From Chrysomallon squamiferum (lineage: Eukaryota > Animalia > Mollusca), in assembly GCA_012295275.1 (NCBI GenBank), contig CM022669.1, forward strand, positions 17,546,001 through 17,610,000: DNA of 64,000 nt, read 5' to 3'. The first letter of the stretch is position 1. Every line of letters begins with the position of its first letter. The notes beneath the pieces were generated by a model. That model made no database searches. It was not told the origin of the DNA and was given only the letters and a program-made list of their open reading frames with translations. Made by a program: the position numbers and the translations under genes. This document shows positions 11,688-33,385 of this stretch, piece by piece.

Positions 11688-13872
11688 TTTTATAATTTCC
11701 TGTAATGTGAAACTGAATAGTTGTTGAAAATACTTTTCGTTGTGGAGAAATTGTTGAACAGAGAGTGGAAATAACTGTCTGATTATACTTTAATGTTACT
11801 TATTTGTATTCCTCCGAGACTTGATTATAAACATCCACTGTTTCGATGTAATTCTGAAGAACAAAGTTTTTGAAAACTGACGTATATTTATTTATCTGTC
11901 AGTGAAATACAGATACTGACATTTGTTTTCGATACATCCGTCCTCGAAGTGAAACCACGTCATGGAGATGCTGCCGCTGTCTGGTGAAGAATTTCATATC
12001 ACAACTGTCATATGACTGTATTCTGGTATTAAAAACACCGCGACGTCGTACACCGGCTGCTTTGAAACTGCGGTCTTGATAGTTATCTCTATTATTAGGC
12101 TAAGATTATAGGGATAATAATTATCAGTAAAGATCGATAATATAAAATCAAAAACGTTTGTATAGAAATATGAAGGACATATAAGAGATATGCTAAATAA
12201 GAAGAATTATGCGCTTTTCACTGAAATTCAATTGAAAAGGAAATATTTAAAGATTTTTTTAGCCTTTCTTCATGAATCAATTTCAGTTCATGTTTCTTGT
12301 GGGTTTTTTTGTTTGTTCTCTCACTCTGATGCCTAATGCTAGATATACAAACATGCATGTGTTTTTGTATATAACAATGCTTATAGATGTGTATATCAAA
12401 TTAAGGCGTGATAGGATTGATATCTTTTATAAATTAATAAAATGCAAAATCGTTTTCATAACATTTTTGGTTTTTTTTAACACAAGTTCACTTGTACATT
12501 TCCAATTACGCCAAGACACAGCAGGTGGATATTTTATTATTTGCATTTGCTTTTTAACGGATTATAAATCTACAGTACCATTCGCTCCTTGAACAAAACG
12601 ATATGGCTCCTCAAAGGAATTCAAAATAAAAACGACTGGCTTAACATATTAATACTATTTAAACAAAGGCTTCAAAAACAATCGAAGAAAGGAATGTTTA
12701 AGAAAAAAATTCAGATTCTGATAAAATATCTCAGTGCTTTGTTATAATAAATGTGTAATTACGGAACGAAGGTCTTACTGAGTTCTGGTTTTGTCTTGTG
12801 CAAGAATCAGCATGTTTGAAAACTAGCCTCGCGATCTCTTTACTGACGACAAGCGGCAGAATCAAAATGGGTCGTAGCAGGACGTCTGCTTTTCAAAACT
12901 ATTTATTAGCAGCAAGACGACAGGCGGAACCCACTCGTGATTATTTTGTTTTATGTATTTCGATACTGAGTATTAAAACAGTGGTGTTCGTGTCAAATTT
13001 TGAGTTAATGAATATATCAAAAATTCGTACTGATGAAATGAAATATATTCATAATGAGTTATCTTCAAGTGATTGAAATTAATCATTAATAATTTTAACA
13101 AATTATATTATCTTATCGTATCATAATTACGGATAGTTTATTCATAATGTTATATATTTGTCAATGTCTTTTTTTTTTCTTTTTCTTTTTCTACTTCATG
13201 ATTATGTATTGATATATACATCTAAATATGCTTCTGTGTCGTGTCACTATTCTCGTTTAATAATTATTTTACATTTCAAAATTTCTCATAAGCCAGTTTG
13301 GTCGGATGACCGATGCCATAAAGTATAATCTAGTCTAACTGCAAAGTCTAACGTTCTAGTAGTTTTTTGTTTCTCAACTTCTGAGACGGCCCCTGTCGAA
13401 ACTAGGACGGGGTGAGTGGTTAGGTTCTTTGTTCGCACATGTTGCCAATTAACGAATGCAGCAGGATGTCTGATGCTGTTTTATACCTATAACCTAGAAA
13501 GTAAAGAGTCCTACCAAATCAAATACTGGCAAAACTAACGAGTTTCTTAGTACTGAATTGTTTGTGACACTCGAGGTGCAAAATAAACAACAACAACAAC
13601 AACAACAAAGTAACAGCAAAGAGTCTTGACATATTATATGAAGAAATTCTCTATCATTTGGATTTATTGCAGTATGACTCACTCAATATGACATTTCAAA
13701 GCATATGTTTTCTTATTCACAGATGTCCCACGCTTAGTTTGATATTAGTTTTTTACAGCAGCTCCAAAGCATATTTTAGCAGAATGTTTTAAATGTAATT
13801 ACCCGTTGCCCATTAGACTCAGATGGAGGTTCCTTTCAATTCTATTCAGTCTGAAATAGTAGAATCAGTAGA

Positions 13873-13876
<4 letters not shown>

Positions 13877-13950
<74 letters not shown>
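13877..13950. repeat. (CT)n-(CA)n compound microsatellite
   Basis: Direct read of dinucleotide runs. Confidence 0.9.
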
Positions 13951-14733
13951 GCACAAACGCATACTTACACACACACGCAGTCATATATACATGCACACAA
14001 CATACACACATACACCCACGTATAACGATACTATTCATAGAGAGGAATTTAATACGGATATAAATTAAAAGAAAATGATTTATATATTTTACTTTGAAAC
14101 CAATATTTTCTACGTTACGCTATACAAAAATCTATGACCATAAAGTCGATTTAAATGTTTATTTATATTGTTTTAACTCGAATCATTAACATAAGTTGTT
14201 CTGGTATTTCTAAAGAACTTTTTGAATATACAATCTCCTGTTGAAAACGTACTTACGTTGATGCTTCAATGAGATGTAAATACTGACACTACAACACATT
14301 CATCTTTCAAATGAGCCTACTTAATGGAGGTGTAATTATTTGCATATGTAAATAGATAAGTTACTGTTCTTAATTTGAAAATTCCACAATTAATGTCTTT
14401 TTATCGATTGTAGAAAAAAATAACGTCTGGTTAATAGAGTCAAGTTAGAATATCTATGAAGGCAAGCACTAATATTTAGATAGATATCAGCCTGTTACAC
14501 AGTCAGTATTTTTTGTCATTTAGGAATAACTATCTTTAACATCAACCTTTACTATAAAATGTAAAGAGGCGGGTTCAATATTTTATTTGTAAATTCCATA
14601 CAAGTTAATAACTTTTTATCGATTGCGATGAACATCTGTTGTTAATATAATCAATACTGTACGGATGTGTTTGTGTGTGTGTGCTTGAATGTGTGATCAG
14701 TATTTTACATCAGATGAGAAATATAATGTTTAG

Positions 14734-14737
<4 letters not shown>

Positions 14738-14814
<77 letters not shown>

Positions 14815-14821
14815 AGGGAGA

Positions 14822-14889
<68 letters not shown>
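14738..14889. repeat. (AG)n microsatellite with short GGGA interruption
   Basis: Direct read. Confidence 0.9.
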
Positions 14890-14892
<3 letters not shown>

Positions 14893-16238
14893 CGTGTGTG
14901 AGTAAATATTACGTGTGTGTGTGTGTGTGAAAGCTAATTAGATTATACAGATTATATAAATTTTAAAGAGGAAATGATGAAATTATAAAAGATGGAATAT
15001 ATATTTAACAACAATAACAAAATGAAAAACGTACGATAGTTCTGATATTTTTCAGGATGTGATATACAAAAATGTACGTAATATCTTATGATTCTTATTA
15101 ATATATAACATAACACTCATCATTCGCCAGCAGATATACCCATACAAACAAACACAGTCTCTCTCTTGCTACTTTTCAGATTTATCTCGTTTATTTTGGG
15201 TGCATTAGCATTTAAAAATACATTTTCAAAGATGTTAATAAATTTCGACACATCCTTTTACAAAATAATTTAATTTTAAATCTGTCATGCGAACAACGTG
15301 AAAAAAATCCCAAAGAATGTTGTACGCTACACTGAATCAGTAAAATGCCTCAAAGATTAGGGATACTTTTGTATCTTGCAAATAAAAGGAGACCTATTCA
15401 AGGTTTGAGATAAAACGAAACAAGATTTTAGAGTCTGAATAATGCACAACTCTGTTTAGAAATACACTTGCTTAGATATTATCATCGCTTTGCAACAAAC
15501 AACTACGCAAGACTGGTTCACCAGGACAAGAACAAGATTTGTTTTCAAACATTTTAGTTCCGAGTGAAATAATTTACATAATAATATGTTACTGATCATT
15601 TGACTGTTACCTTATTTTAAAAGTAAGGCAGTTTGGCATATATGTAAACAAATAATCATTTAATATAATGCTTTATATATTTAAAAAATAAAAATCAGCG
15701 TCAGTAAATAAGTAATATAATTAATTATGCAGATTAAACGAATTTCTTTCTCTCTCAATAATAATAATTATTCTATTTTTAAGACACGTATGTAACTTTA
15801 TCAAATGAAATGTGGTTGATCTGTTCTCGATATTTTAGTAATAAACAGAAGTCATGATAAATAATCGATATTTTACTGTTTGCAGTTCTCTAAAAGCAGT
15901 CGTAGTTTCAATCGTTTCCATGAAAAACCTGCTGATAGTGTTCTACACTGGCAAATCTGGGTTTCTGAAAATCAGAAAATTAATTAATTCAAATTTTGTA
16001 CTGACATTATCGACAACTCTAGCAGAGAAATGAGTTTATTTGCTCTTGACAAGCTCAGACGCATTGCTTAACGCCCAGTGCAATTACTGGGAGTTTGTCG
16101 ACAGTGCACATTCTGATAAGCAATTTTGAATGGCAATTCAGGTATTTCAGTTGTATCGATCCCAATATTTATTTAGCATTAAGTTATCAAGTACTTTCTA
16201 TTATGGTGTATTATCTGCTGCACCATATGGAGGCTGCT

Positions 16239-16242
<4 letters not shown>

Positions 16243-16312
<70 letters not shown>
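16243..16312. repeat. (GT)n microsatellite upstream of ZCCHC4
   Basis: Direct read. Confidence 0.9.
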
Positions 16313-16313
<1 letters not shown>

Positions 16314-16673
16314 TCCTTTACTTGCGATTCAAATAATAAGAAGGAAGAGAGAGAGAATGAAAGTAAAACCCGAACAATAAATAAATATATTAATTAATTA
16401 ATTAATGATAGTCACGATGGATTACTAAATCTAAATAAATCTATTTGTAGCTATATTTTAAGTAATTAAATATTTATAACTTGATAAAAAAAAAACGAAT
16501 GTAAACTTCGTAAATTTCTTAATCTGTTGTAGTATCCTGCTTGTAAAAACTTGTTAGTCCGAGTCCTTGTTTCGGTCTCCTTTAAAAGGTAGATAAAAGA
16601 AATTGTATGTTCTCGTTGATCATTTGTACAGATAAACATTTTATTTTTTAAACTGAACTTTATTATTTTTAAA

Positions 16674-25305
<8,632 letters not shown>

Positions 25306-25354
25306 TGTCAGACTTTGACTGAGATATTCAGTAACATCTAAGAAAAAATATTTA

Positions 25355-25390
25355 AAATAAAATGCCTCGTTTTTTCAAAAAAAAATAAAA
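25355..25390 (+). promoter_or_regulatory. Candidate polyadenylation signals (two AATAAA) of ZCCHC4
   Basis: AATAAA about 50 and 80 nt after the stop, followed by a T-rich tract; weak evidence in so AT-rich a sequence. Confidence 0.4.
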
Positions 25391-25916
25391 AAACTGTTTT
25401 TGTTTTAATTTTGATGGCATTAAACAAAAGCCTTGTCTTTCAAATTCACACGTCTCAAAGACACTTCTGATGGAAGCACTCTGTGTTATACAATATTCCA
25501 TATTCATCGAAAATAATATAATGTTAATATTGTTTGAACTGAATATTTAGTTTACAGATTTTATTTGTAAATGCATGTAAAATGAAAAATTAAATAAATA
25601 ATAAATAAAAATGAGAAAATTAGTTTCACTGGCTGCAGTAACCTGAAATCTGTACTCGTATTTTTTTAAATACACCAACGAAATACACAACAGAAATATT
25701 CTCTTGTAAACAGATATCTTCCTGCTTGGCTGCACCCTTAATATAACCACTTTGCAAAACCCACAAAAGAAATGAGTATGCAGATGATATATATTCTTGA
25801 CATTCGAACACACTTAAGTAAAGAGGTAGTTGGGTTTCCACTACAGTGAACCAGAACAATTGACAAGCTGTTTTTTACAAAAGTGACATTACAACTAAAA
25901 CAGAAATTATGCAAGG

Positions 25917-25948
25917 CTAGAAACCGACGTTCCCGCGCGTTGCACGCC
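25917..25948 (-). mobile_element. Possible degenerate Helitron 3' terminus
   Basis: Minus strand GGCGTGC-AAC-GCGCGGG short hairpin, 11 nt spacer, then CTAG. The expected T after CTAG is absent. Confidence 0.3.
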
Positions 25949-26586
25949 GTTCTTGTTGATATGACGTCACAATAAAATGACGTATAATGATGTCATTTGC
26001 TTGAGAGAGAAAGAAAGAGGCAGATAAAAAGAGAAGAATTTTAATGCTGATAGTGCTTTCGATCCAGTAAGTAGGATACTCATTACTGATTATATCTATC
26101 TTCATATTTATATTGTTTAAATGAGGTATAATGAGATTTGTGAATTAAAATAACAAAAGAAAACATATTTTTACACACAAATGTGAATAGAGATTTGTTT
26201 ATTTTATTTTTTTTTACATATAATTTTAACCAGTTTTATTATTTATTTAGACGTTAACATACAGAGAAATTTTCATTCTAATCTGCCAATTCCTCTGTAA
26301 CATCTCTTCAAAAAGTGTTTTGTTGTTTTGTCGGATTTATTTTTAGGTTTAGATGTTGCTCAGTTTTGGTTTTGATAAGAAGCAACCGATGTAGATAGAT
26401 ATATAGATTGATAGATATAGAATTCGTTATACGTATATAAACTGTATAAGAAAACAAAACTAGTTTCGACGTCATTAACAATCAAGTGATGTAATGCTGT
26501 TTTTTAAGAGCATACGTGTTGAGACCCATGTAAGTATGAAACTATTTACTATTGTTTAGTATTATTTGTTTCTGTATATATTTTTT

Positions 26587-26617
<31 letters not shown>

Positions 26618-27170
26618 TGTTATTGTTTTTTTTTTCTAACTTTATAAATTATAATTAACATCGTATCAGTTTTCTGTTATATGTTAACAGAGTGCCCAGG
26701 TTCATGATGATTTTTTTTTCCTACGAACTTTTTGACATTCACGCATGCGCACGTACTTCTTGCCACGTCATGTATATTGTAATCAACCAGTAAAACTTGT
26801 TTTTATATTCGTGCTTATGCAATTACTCCTCGTCATTACTTGTTCTTCGAAGGAAAAACTCATCAAATAAAGTTATTACAGCGGTAGCTATGAAAACGAT
26901 TCAAGAATCTAATGTCAAGTGGCATATTTCTGTTTGTTTGCATATATTCAATACAAAGATGCGTTTTGATACACGTTTATGCAGTTGTATTTTGCGTACA
27001 GCAGTACGCATCAGTAGCCCGCTAGAAGTTACGCACTGTCAATCATGTGTACAGATAATATAAAGAACTGACTATTAAATTAAGTGAGAATGCCAAAAGG
27101 TTCGTAATTATGAACAAACCACACAATGGGCCGACCTACATTTGGTAACCCCCCAGTTTACTACTATTTG

Positions 27171-27186
27171 CCAACAGAGGGCGCTG
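27171..27186 (+). promoter_or_regulatory. CTCF-like motif CCAACAGAGGGCGCTG
   Basis: Close match to the CCASYAGRKGGCRS core in otherwise GC-poor intergenic DNA; motif only. Confidence 0.4.
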
Positions 27187-27346
27187 CAGAAAACACGAGC
27201 AACCATAACATGCACGACGACGCTCCGATAATAATTGCAAACTGGGAAAATTACGTGTATATATTAATCGTTTAGTTATTTGCATTTTAACGTAATAAGC
27301 TAGATATATAATTATCTATTTAATTTTTGTTTTAATGTCTTAGAAA

Positions 27347-27385
<39 letters not shown>

Positions 27386-27717
27386 TAATCATTTTACATC
27401 GGTGTTGCCTTTCTACAATGACGTTGTAAAACGAACCCATGATATAACGAAAACAAGGGCGCAATAGTTCAGTAATGTATATTTTTTTTATTATTTAATT
27501 AAACTATTTTAATATAGGGGTTGTTTATCACTAAAATTAATATAAAATATTTATTTTCATACTGAATTAATATAAAATGACGAATAATAATTATTGTATA
27601 AAAACAGTGTTTGACACTGAGAAATCAGCATCCGAAATCGAACTGTATATCAATAGTTTAGTCATTTTGGATTTTAACGTAAAATGCTAGATCGCTGCAG
27701 CTTGTATATGTAAGTAC

Positions 27718-27840
27718 ATTATATTGCATCAAGGTCAAAATGGAGTGAAGAAGGTAAAAACGAATACATTTATTTCCGTAATTTAGAATCTACAAATCAT
27801 TTCACCAAATTAATATGAAAAATACAATTAAAAAAAAAAA
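27718..27840 (+). repeat. Duplicate of LINE segment 28318-28440
   Basis: About 120 bp near-identical (attatattgcat.aaggtcaaaatggagtgaagaagg...aatacaa then poly-A), offset 600 bp. Confidence 0.88.
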
Positions 27841-28173
27841 AAGAAGCGAACTGCAGTTTATACTATTCCTCTTGTGTGTTATTCAACAGTGGCGATGCGT
27901 CTTTTCTGTCACCTAGATGGGCCTTGAATTGTGGAAGTTTAATAATTATTTATTAACAGACAAAGATTCTGTCAAATTAGTAAAAGAAATAACAATCAAA
28001 ACAAACAAAAAAATGACATGTCAGTATGCTGTACCATTTTATAATTTAAACAATTTAGATTTAATACCTAAAAAGGAAATCCACTTTTAGTTAATAGTCA
28101 ACCGTGCTTAGAATCGTTACTTTATGGAAATTAGAAGTGTAACTGTGTATTATTATTTTTTTTTTTTTTCCAG

Positions 28174-28990
28174 CTCAAATAAAAGAAAAGCAAGATTTAG
28201 AGAAACAAATTTGTGAAATAATTACAGATTTAGAACAAAAGTAAAATACTGCCCCAGAAAATTTAGAAAGTAAGAAATGTGAACTAGCAGAACAGCGAAA
28301 AGAAAAAGCTAAAGGAAATTATATTGCATTAAGGTCAAAATGGAGTGAAGAAGGTAAAAACGAATATATTTATTTCCGTAATTTAGAATCTACAAATCAT
28401 TTCACCAAATTAATATGAAAAATACAATAAAAAAAAAAAAAAAAAAAAAAAAGGAAAAGTAATCAAAGATCAAGAAGAAATTTTAAAAGACATCAAAGCT
28501 TTTACCAGAATCTTTCTTCAGCTTTAGCGGACCCAAAAGGTGATGATATCATTGAACACATTTATCATGTTAAATTTAATAACAGGTCGATAACGGAAAT
28601 AAAATATTCAGAAGTAGCATCCTTTTTTTTATACTTATGAAAAATTATAAGTGTTCGGTTCTGTTGGGTTTACCGCCGAATTATTCATATTTTCCTGGAT
28701 AGCTTTTAGCCATTTTATAGTTAGGTCAATTAATTAAAGAAATTTTCAGTGTCCAACGTTTATTTTTATAAGATATATTCCTAAATCTAATAAAACAACA
28801 GCCTGGCTGAGTAACTGGCGCCCTTAACTCTTTTAAATTGTTCTTATAAACTGGAATCACGACGTATTGCCAAAACGAAATTAACAGAAAGTTCATGATA
28901 ATATTATAAATAAAAACTAGATGGTTTTTATTAAAGGAAGATATATGGGAGGAAAATATTGTGTTAAATTATGATATTATGCGTTATTCG
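28174..28990 (+). mobile_element. Degenerate non-LTR retrotransposon (L1/Tx1-type) ORF2 fragment: linker and start of reverse transcriptase
   Basis: Across frameshifts and stops it reads KEKAKGNYIALRSKWSEEGK...YFRNLE, KDQEEILKDIKA.YQNL, MKNYK..GSVGFTAE..FSW, IPKSNK...LSNWRP.TLLNCSYKL and FIKGRYM.ENI..YDI. These match the L1/Tx1 RS..W.EEG, K.PG.DG, NWRPISLLN.DYK and GF..GR motifs. Confidence 0.82.
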
Positions 28991-29861
28991 ATACCATGGT
29001 TGTTCATAAATAAAACTTTAAAATACCTTTAATTATCATAACATCAGTTTAAAAATGGTTAAAAATGCTATTGCAATAAACTCATTATCGAGAGTAATGA
29101 AAAATAGTTTCCTCATAAACATTCAAATTCAAAAATAAAAACAACTGCAAATGTATGTATGAATTATCACATTTTCAAATATTTATTCCAAAGGCACAAA
29201 GTTTATTAAATTGCGTAATATAGGGCCACAATCCTGCTATTACCAATATTTTTTTTCTAGGGCAACAAAAAATTTACTCTTTTTTAAAAAAACAAAAAAA
29301 AAAAAAAAAAAAAAAAAAAAGAATCAGAATCTGTATTTATTTTATGTTTTAAATTAACATTAGGAAAACAAAAGATCTTACCTTTGTCAGTGAGACGATC
29401 AGTTTAAAGCCTGAAGCTTCTTTCTTATTTCTGCGTTGCTTGTTTGGAAAAGAATACAAACTGAGACGGTCTAAAGTATAGGATATATAAATAAAAATAA
29501 AATTTAAAAAAAGAACGTGAAAGAAAAGGAAAAAAAGAACCAAACAAAACAAGCCAACCCCAACAAAATCTAACGAATCAGAAACTCGAACGAGATAAGA
29601 CTTTTAAGAGTTACTAAGTAACATAAAAGAGGCCGCCTCATGTTTATGCGCAGCCACATTTCTATGTTTCTTGTTTCTGTTGCTGGTGAAAAAGAAAATT
29701 GTATGTAAAGTGCTTATGAAGAAGAATGTCTTAAATGATGTTTAAGTGAAAAGCAGCTACGTATGAGAGATTATATACAATAATGGGAGTATGCTGCACT
29801 GAAGAAATACAGACTCAGTTATACGGGTTCACTAGCTCCTTTTATACTAAAACTTTGACCA

Positions 29862-29901
<40 letters not shown>

Positions 29902-29902
29902 T

Positions 29903-29933
<31 letters not shown>

Positions 29934-30476
29934 AAATAAATAATTAAATAAATAAATAAATAATTTAACTATATTACTTGGAAATATATTTTTGCCTCCA
30001 TTTTGTCCAAAGATCATGTGATCACATTTTTCCATTGGTTAGCAGACCGGTTATTTCCGCTAAATTCTATTTATTATTAAATCACTTAGAAAAAACCAAA
30101 AATATTTTATTGTTGTTCTATATCTGTTGGGCTGCCGACTTTTCTAGTTTCAAAGCTTTCAGTCAGGAAGACATACCTGATTGCCTTTGTATGCAATGAA
30201 TATAGCCTCTTTACCTTCTTACAAGTTTTGATTATAGATGGACAATAGTTTATTTACCAAATATGAGTATCTGTTTATGTAATGAACATGGCCTCTTCGT
30301 AGTTTTTCTCAGTTTCTCCATGGCCTTTTCTGAATAAAACTCTGTTTATACAAACTTTCTTTAGAAATGGACAATGGTTTATTTGCCAATATATGTTCTC
30401 CATGGCCTCTAGAGTAGATAAGAAGATGTTTTTTGAGAAAAAAAGAAGAAAAAACCCCACGCTTATCGTTCCGAGA

Positions 30477-31063
30477 ATGGCTGATTTACGCACGATAGAA
30501 TTTGTGCAGACAAATCGTGGAAAACAACAAGTTTTGTTAGATGGATTATACGTACAGTCAAATTCGCGTTGATGAAGAAACCACATATTGGAGATGCACC
30601 AAACGACCAGTTGATAGTTTTGTTAGAAACAGCTTCGGTCATGACCATTCTCCGAATAATGAGCTTACCGTCAAGTTCGTTAGTACAACGAGAAAGATAA
30701 CACAATCCCAGCATTACCCAGAGCTGTTGGATTTAACGGTTACGTGGTGACGACATGGGTGGATAAGGACGCAAGATTTCCTCTTCGCATGTGGAATCAT
30801 TTCAGCCATGCTAGCCCAAGAAATAACAACAAGCTTCTTCCTCGTCGACATCCAAACCTATACAGATCTGTGGACTTGATCAAGGGGGATTAGAGAAATG
30901 CGAAAGAACAACACTGAGTGCTTCAGCTGCACCACAACCGAGGAAAAGAGGCTACCGAGATCTCGTCAACAGAGTCTGTCTCCTCAAGCAGCAACTCACT
31001 GACAGAACCAAGACACCCGTGCAGTATCTGGATGCTACTGGTCACCTCATGAAGCTGCAGTGA
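30477..31063 (+). mobile_element. Internally deleted FLYWCH/MULE (Mutator-like) transposase relic
   Basis: MADLRTIEFVQTNRGKQQVLLDG / YTY...TTYWRCTKR...HDH is FLYWCH-like with a frameshift. It is followed by YVVTTWV...FPLRMWNHF...PRNNN, RHPNLY and PRKRGYRDL..R..LLKQQL...YLDA..HLMKLQ*, typical of MULE transposase C-termini. The DDE core is missing. Confidence 0.72.
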
Positions 31064-31285
31064 GAGTTTTTTGTGAAATCATTTTTCTTTTTAGTTATTT
31101 AGAGACATTCACTACATTTAGTACATGGATTCATTCGATATTTGTCATATTTGCATATTTTATGCGATAAGTGACATCCATACCATCTATACAATAATAA
31201 TGGTTTCCAAATAATCTGGAACAGTGCTTTATAATGACTAAGGTAACAACATGCATGTCAGTGAGACAACTGTTGTTATTTTAGC

Positions 31286-31287
<2 letters not shown>

Positions 31288-31366
<79 letters not shown>
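31288..31366. repeat. (CT)n microsatellite
   Basis: Direct read. Confidence 0.9.
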
Positions 31367-31370
<4 letters not shown>

Positions 31371-32685
31371 ATTTATTTATTTTTACAGACCGATGTATCA
31401 TATTACAATGTTGTTTCCCTGCATTGAAACTTTTTTCATCTTAACTTTATATACAGCAGTGTGAGGTTCCCATCTCTTTTCTAAAGTATGCGAGTTAACA
31501 AAAGCGTATTTTTGATCCCACGTGAATAAAGCTTTGTTCATTTTTTTTACTTTTAGTTTTAAAATGGATTCTAAAGAAAATGCGGAGTTATGACACCTAA
31601 TGCATTTTTGTGAAGTAATTTACATTCGATGTTAATACCCACACTACCTGTTTGAATTATGTACATATAAATATATATATATAAAAGCCCCGCGGGCTAT
31701 GATCTAACAAACCGTGTATTATTCTAGTACAGCGTACCACAGTATCAGTCATTCAGTTAATGACCTTTAAATCGGTCAGAGGAAAATTCTAACATTATGC
31801 TGTCGTTAGATACAAAATATAATAAAACACTAAACCAACCTTTTTTTACGAACTGTAAATAAAACGAGGAAAAGTTAGCGTTTCGGCATACATTATAAGG
31901 AGGGCCTACTTATCACATTTTTTTGTATATTGATCGATTTAGAATTTTTGTGTCGGTGGGATTTTATCGGTTCGCTTTAAATAATGCGTGTGGTTATGCC
32001 AGCATCTGAGTTTTATCGAAAAAAGAAAACTGCAAAATAACAACAACAACAACAACAACAACAACAAATATATCAGACAACAAAGACAAATCAAATTTCA
32101 AATAATTATAAATATAATTTTATGAAATTAAATTTAGTAAGTATTAAAACTGTAACATGCCAAAATCCGATATTTATTCTTCAGCAAACAAACTGAAAAT
32201 AATATCAACAAAAACAACAAAAGCAGCAACAACGATAATAACAACAACAACAACAACAACAATAATAATAACAGAGGTTCTGTATTTATCTTCGTACGTT
32301 TTTCATTAACCAATAGGTATGTGGGCGTCTCTTCAAATGTTATTTAAAATAATTAGCGTAAAATGTAAACGCAATCCATCTTATTAAACAGAAGACATCT
32401 GACACTCTAGACGTCTATAAATATGTAATGGCTTCCCTTCCTGCCTGGGGCGACTGGATAACCAGCTTATCTTGTCTATATGTGTGAACAACAATTTCAA
32501 TCACACCTTTAATAAGTCAGCGAAAAAAAGAAAAGAAAATCAAAATGTCGGCATATATCAGTGCAGTGTCTGGGCTTTGTCTTTAAGAACGAAACATAAA
32601 TCAATACTGCATAGGTTCAAAAGAAATTAAATATTTGAGACAAAGTTATGGTAATAATTAATATACGAAATACACACATATAACA

Positions 32686-32738
<53 letters not shown>

Positions 32739-33268
32739 TAAAAATAATAATAATAATAATAATAAATAAAATATAGTGTCTAACTTATTGTATAAATGCA
32801 TTCCCTTTGTTTAAAAAACAGTTTGGTTAAAGGGAAAAAAAATTTAAAAAGACATATTATTAATATTCATGCCAACACTATTTTCTACCCTGGTTATTGA
32901 TATTATGGATCTAAATATCCTGTGTTAAGAATCTCTTTCTCTGAAATTTTCTTTTCAAAGCAGACAGAAACGAGGAAAATCTTTTTTCTTTTATTCAAAA
33001 GACATGAATCATGAAAAAAATAAAAAATAAATAACAATTCATTTCAAACGAATGAATCAGAAATAATCCCACGTCAATAATATTTTTAGCAGACAGCTAT
33101 TTTGTACATCTAAAGAAATCGTAAAAATATTACCGCTGTTTATATTTTTCTATTTCCTTTCCCAGCCATTTGTGCGCCCGTCTGTCTATCTCTTATTCAT
33201 TCAAACTGCCCTTTAAGAATATTTAAAAAAAAAATTCTAATCAGCATTGTTAAATGGGAGAAAACACG

Positions 33269-33272
<4 letters not shown>

Positions 33273-33307
<35 letters not shown>

Positions 33308-33315
33308 AGACACAC

Positions 33316-33381
<66 letters not shown>
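33273..33381. repeat. (CA)n and (AG)n compound microsatellite
   Basis: Direct read. Confidence 0.9.

Positions 33382-33385
<4 letters not shown>

Noticed and set aside
12798-13076. 92-aa ORF in a GC-richer patch upstream of LicD copy 4
   Set aside because: No recognisable motif or splice partners; may be promoter sequence.
13381-13405. CTGA-GACGG-CCC-CTGTC-GAAAC hammerhead-like hairpin
   Set aside because: Lacks the CUGANGA spacing; no cleavage triplet with matching stems.
32400-32605. Possible SINE remnant
   Set aside because: Only a vague resemblance; no A/B boxes or target duplication identifiable.
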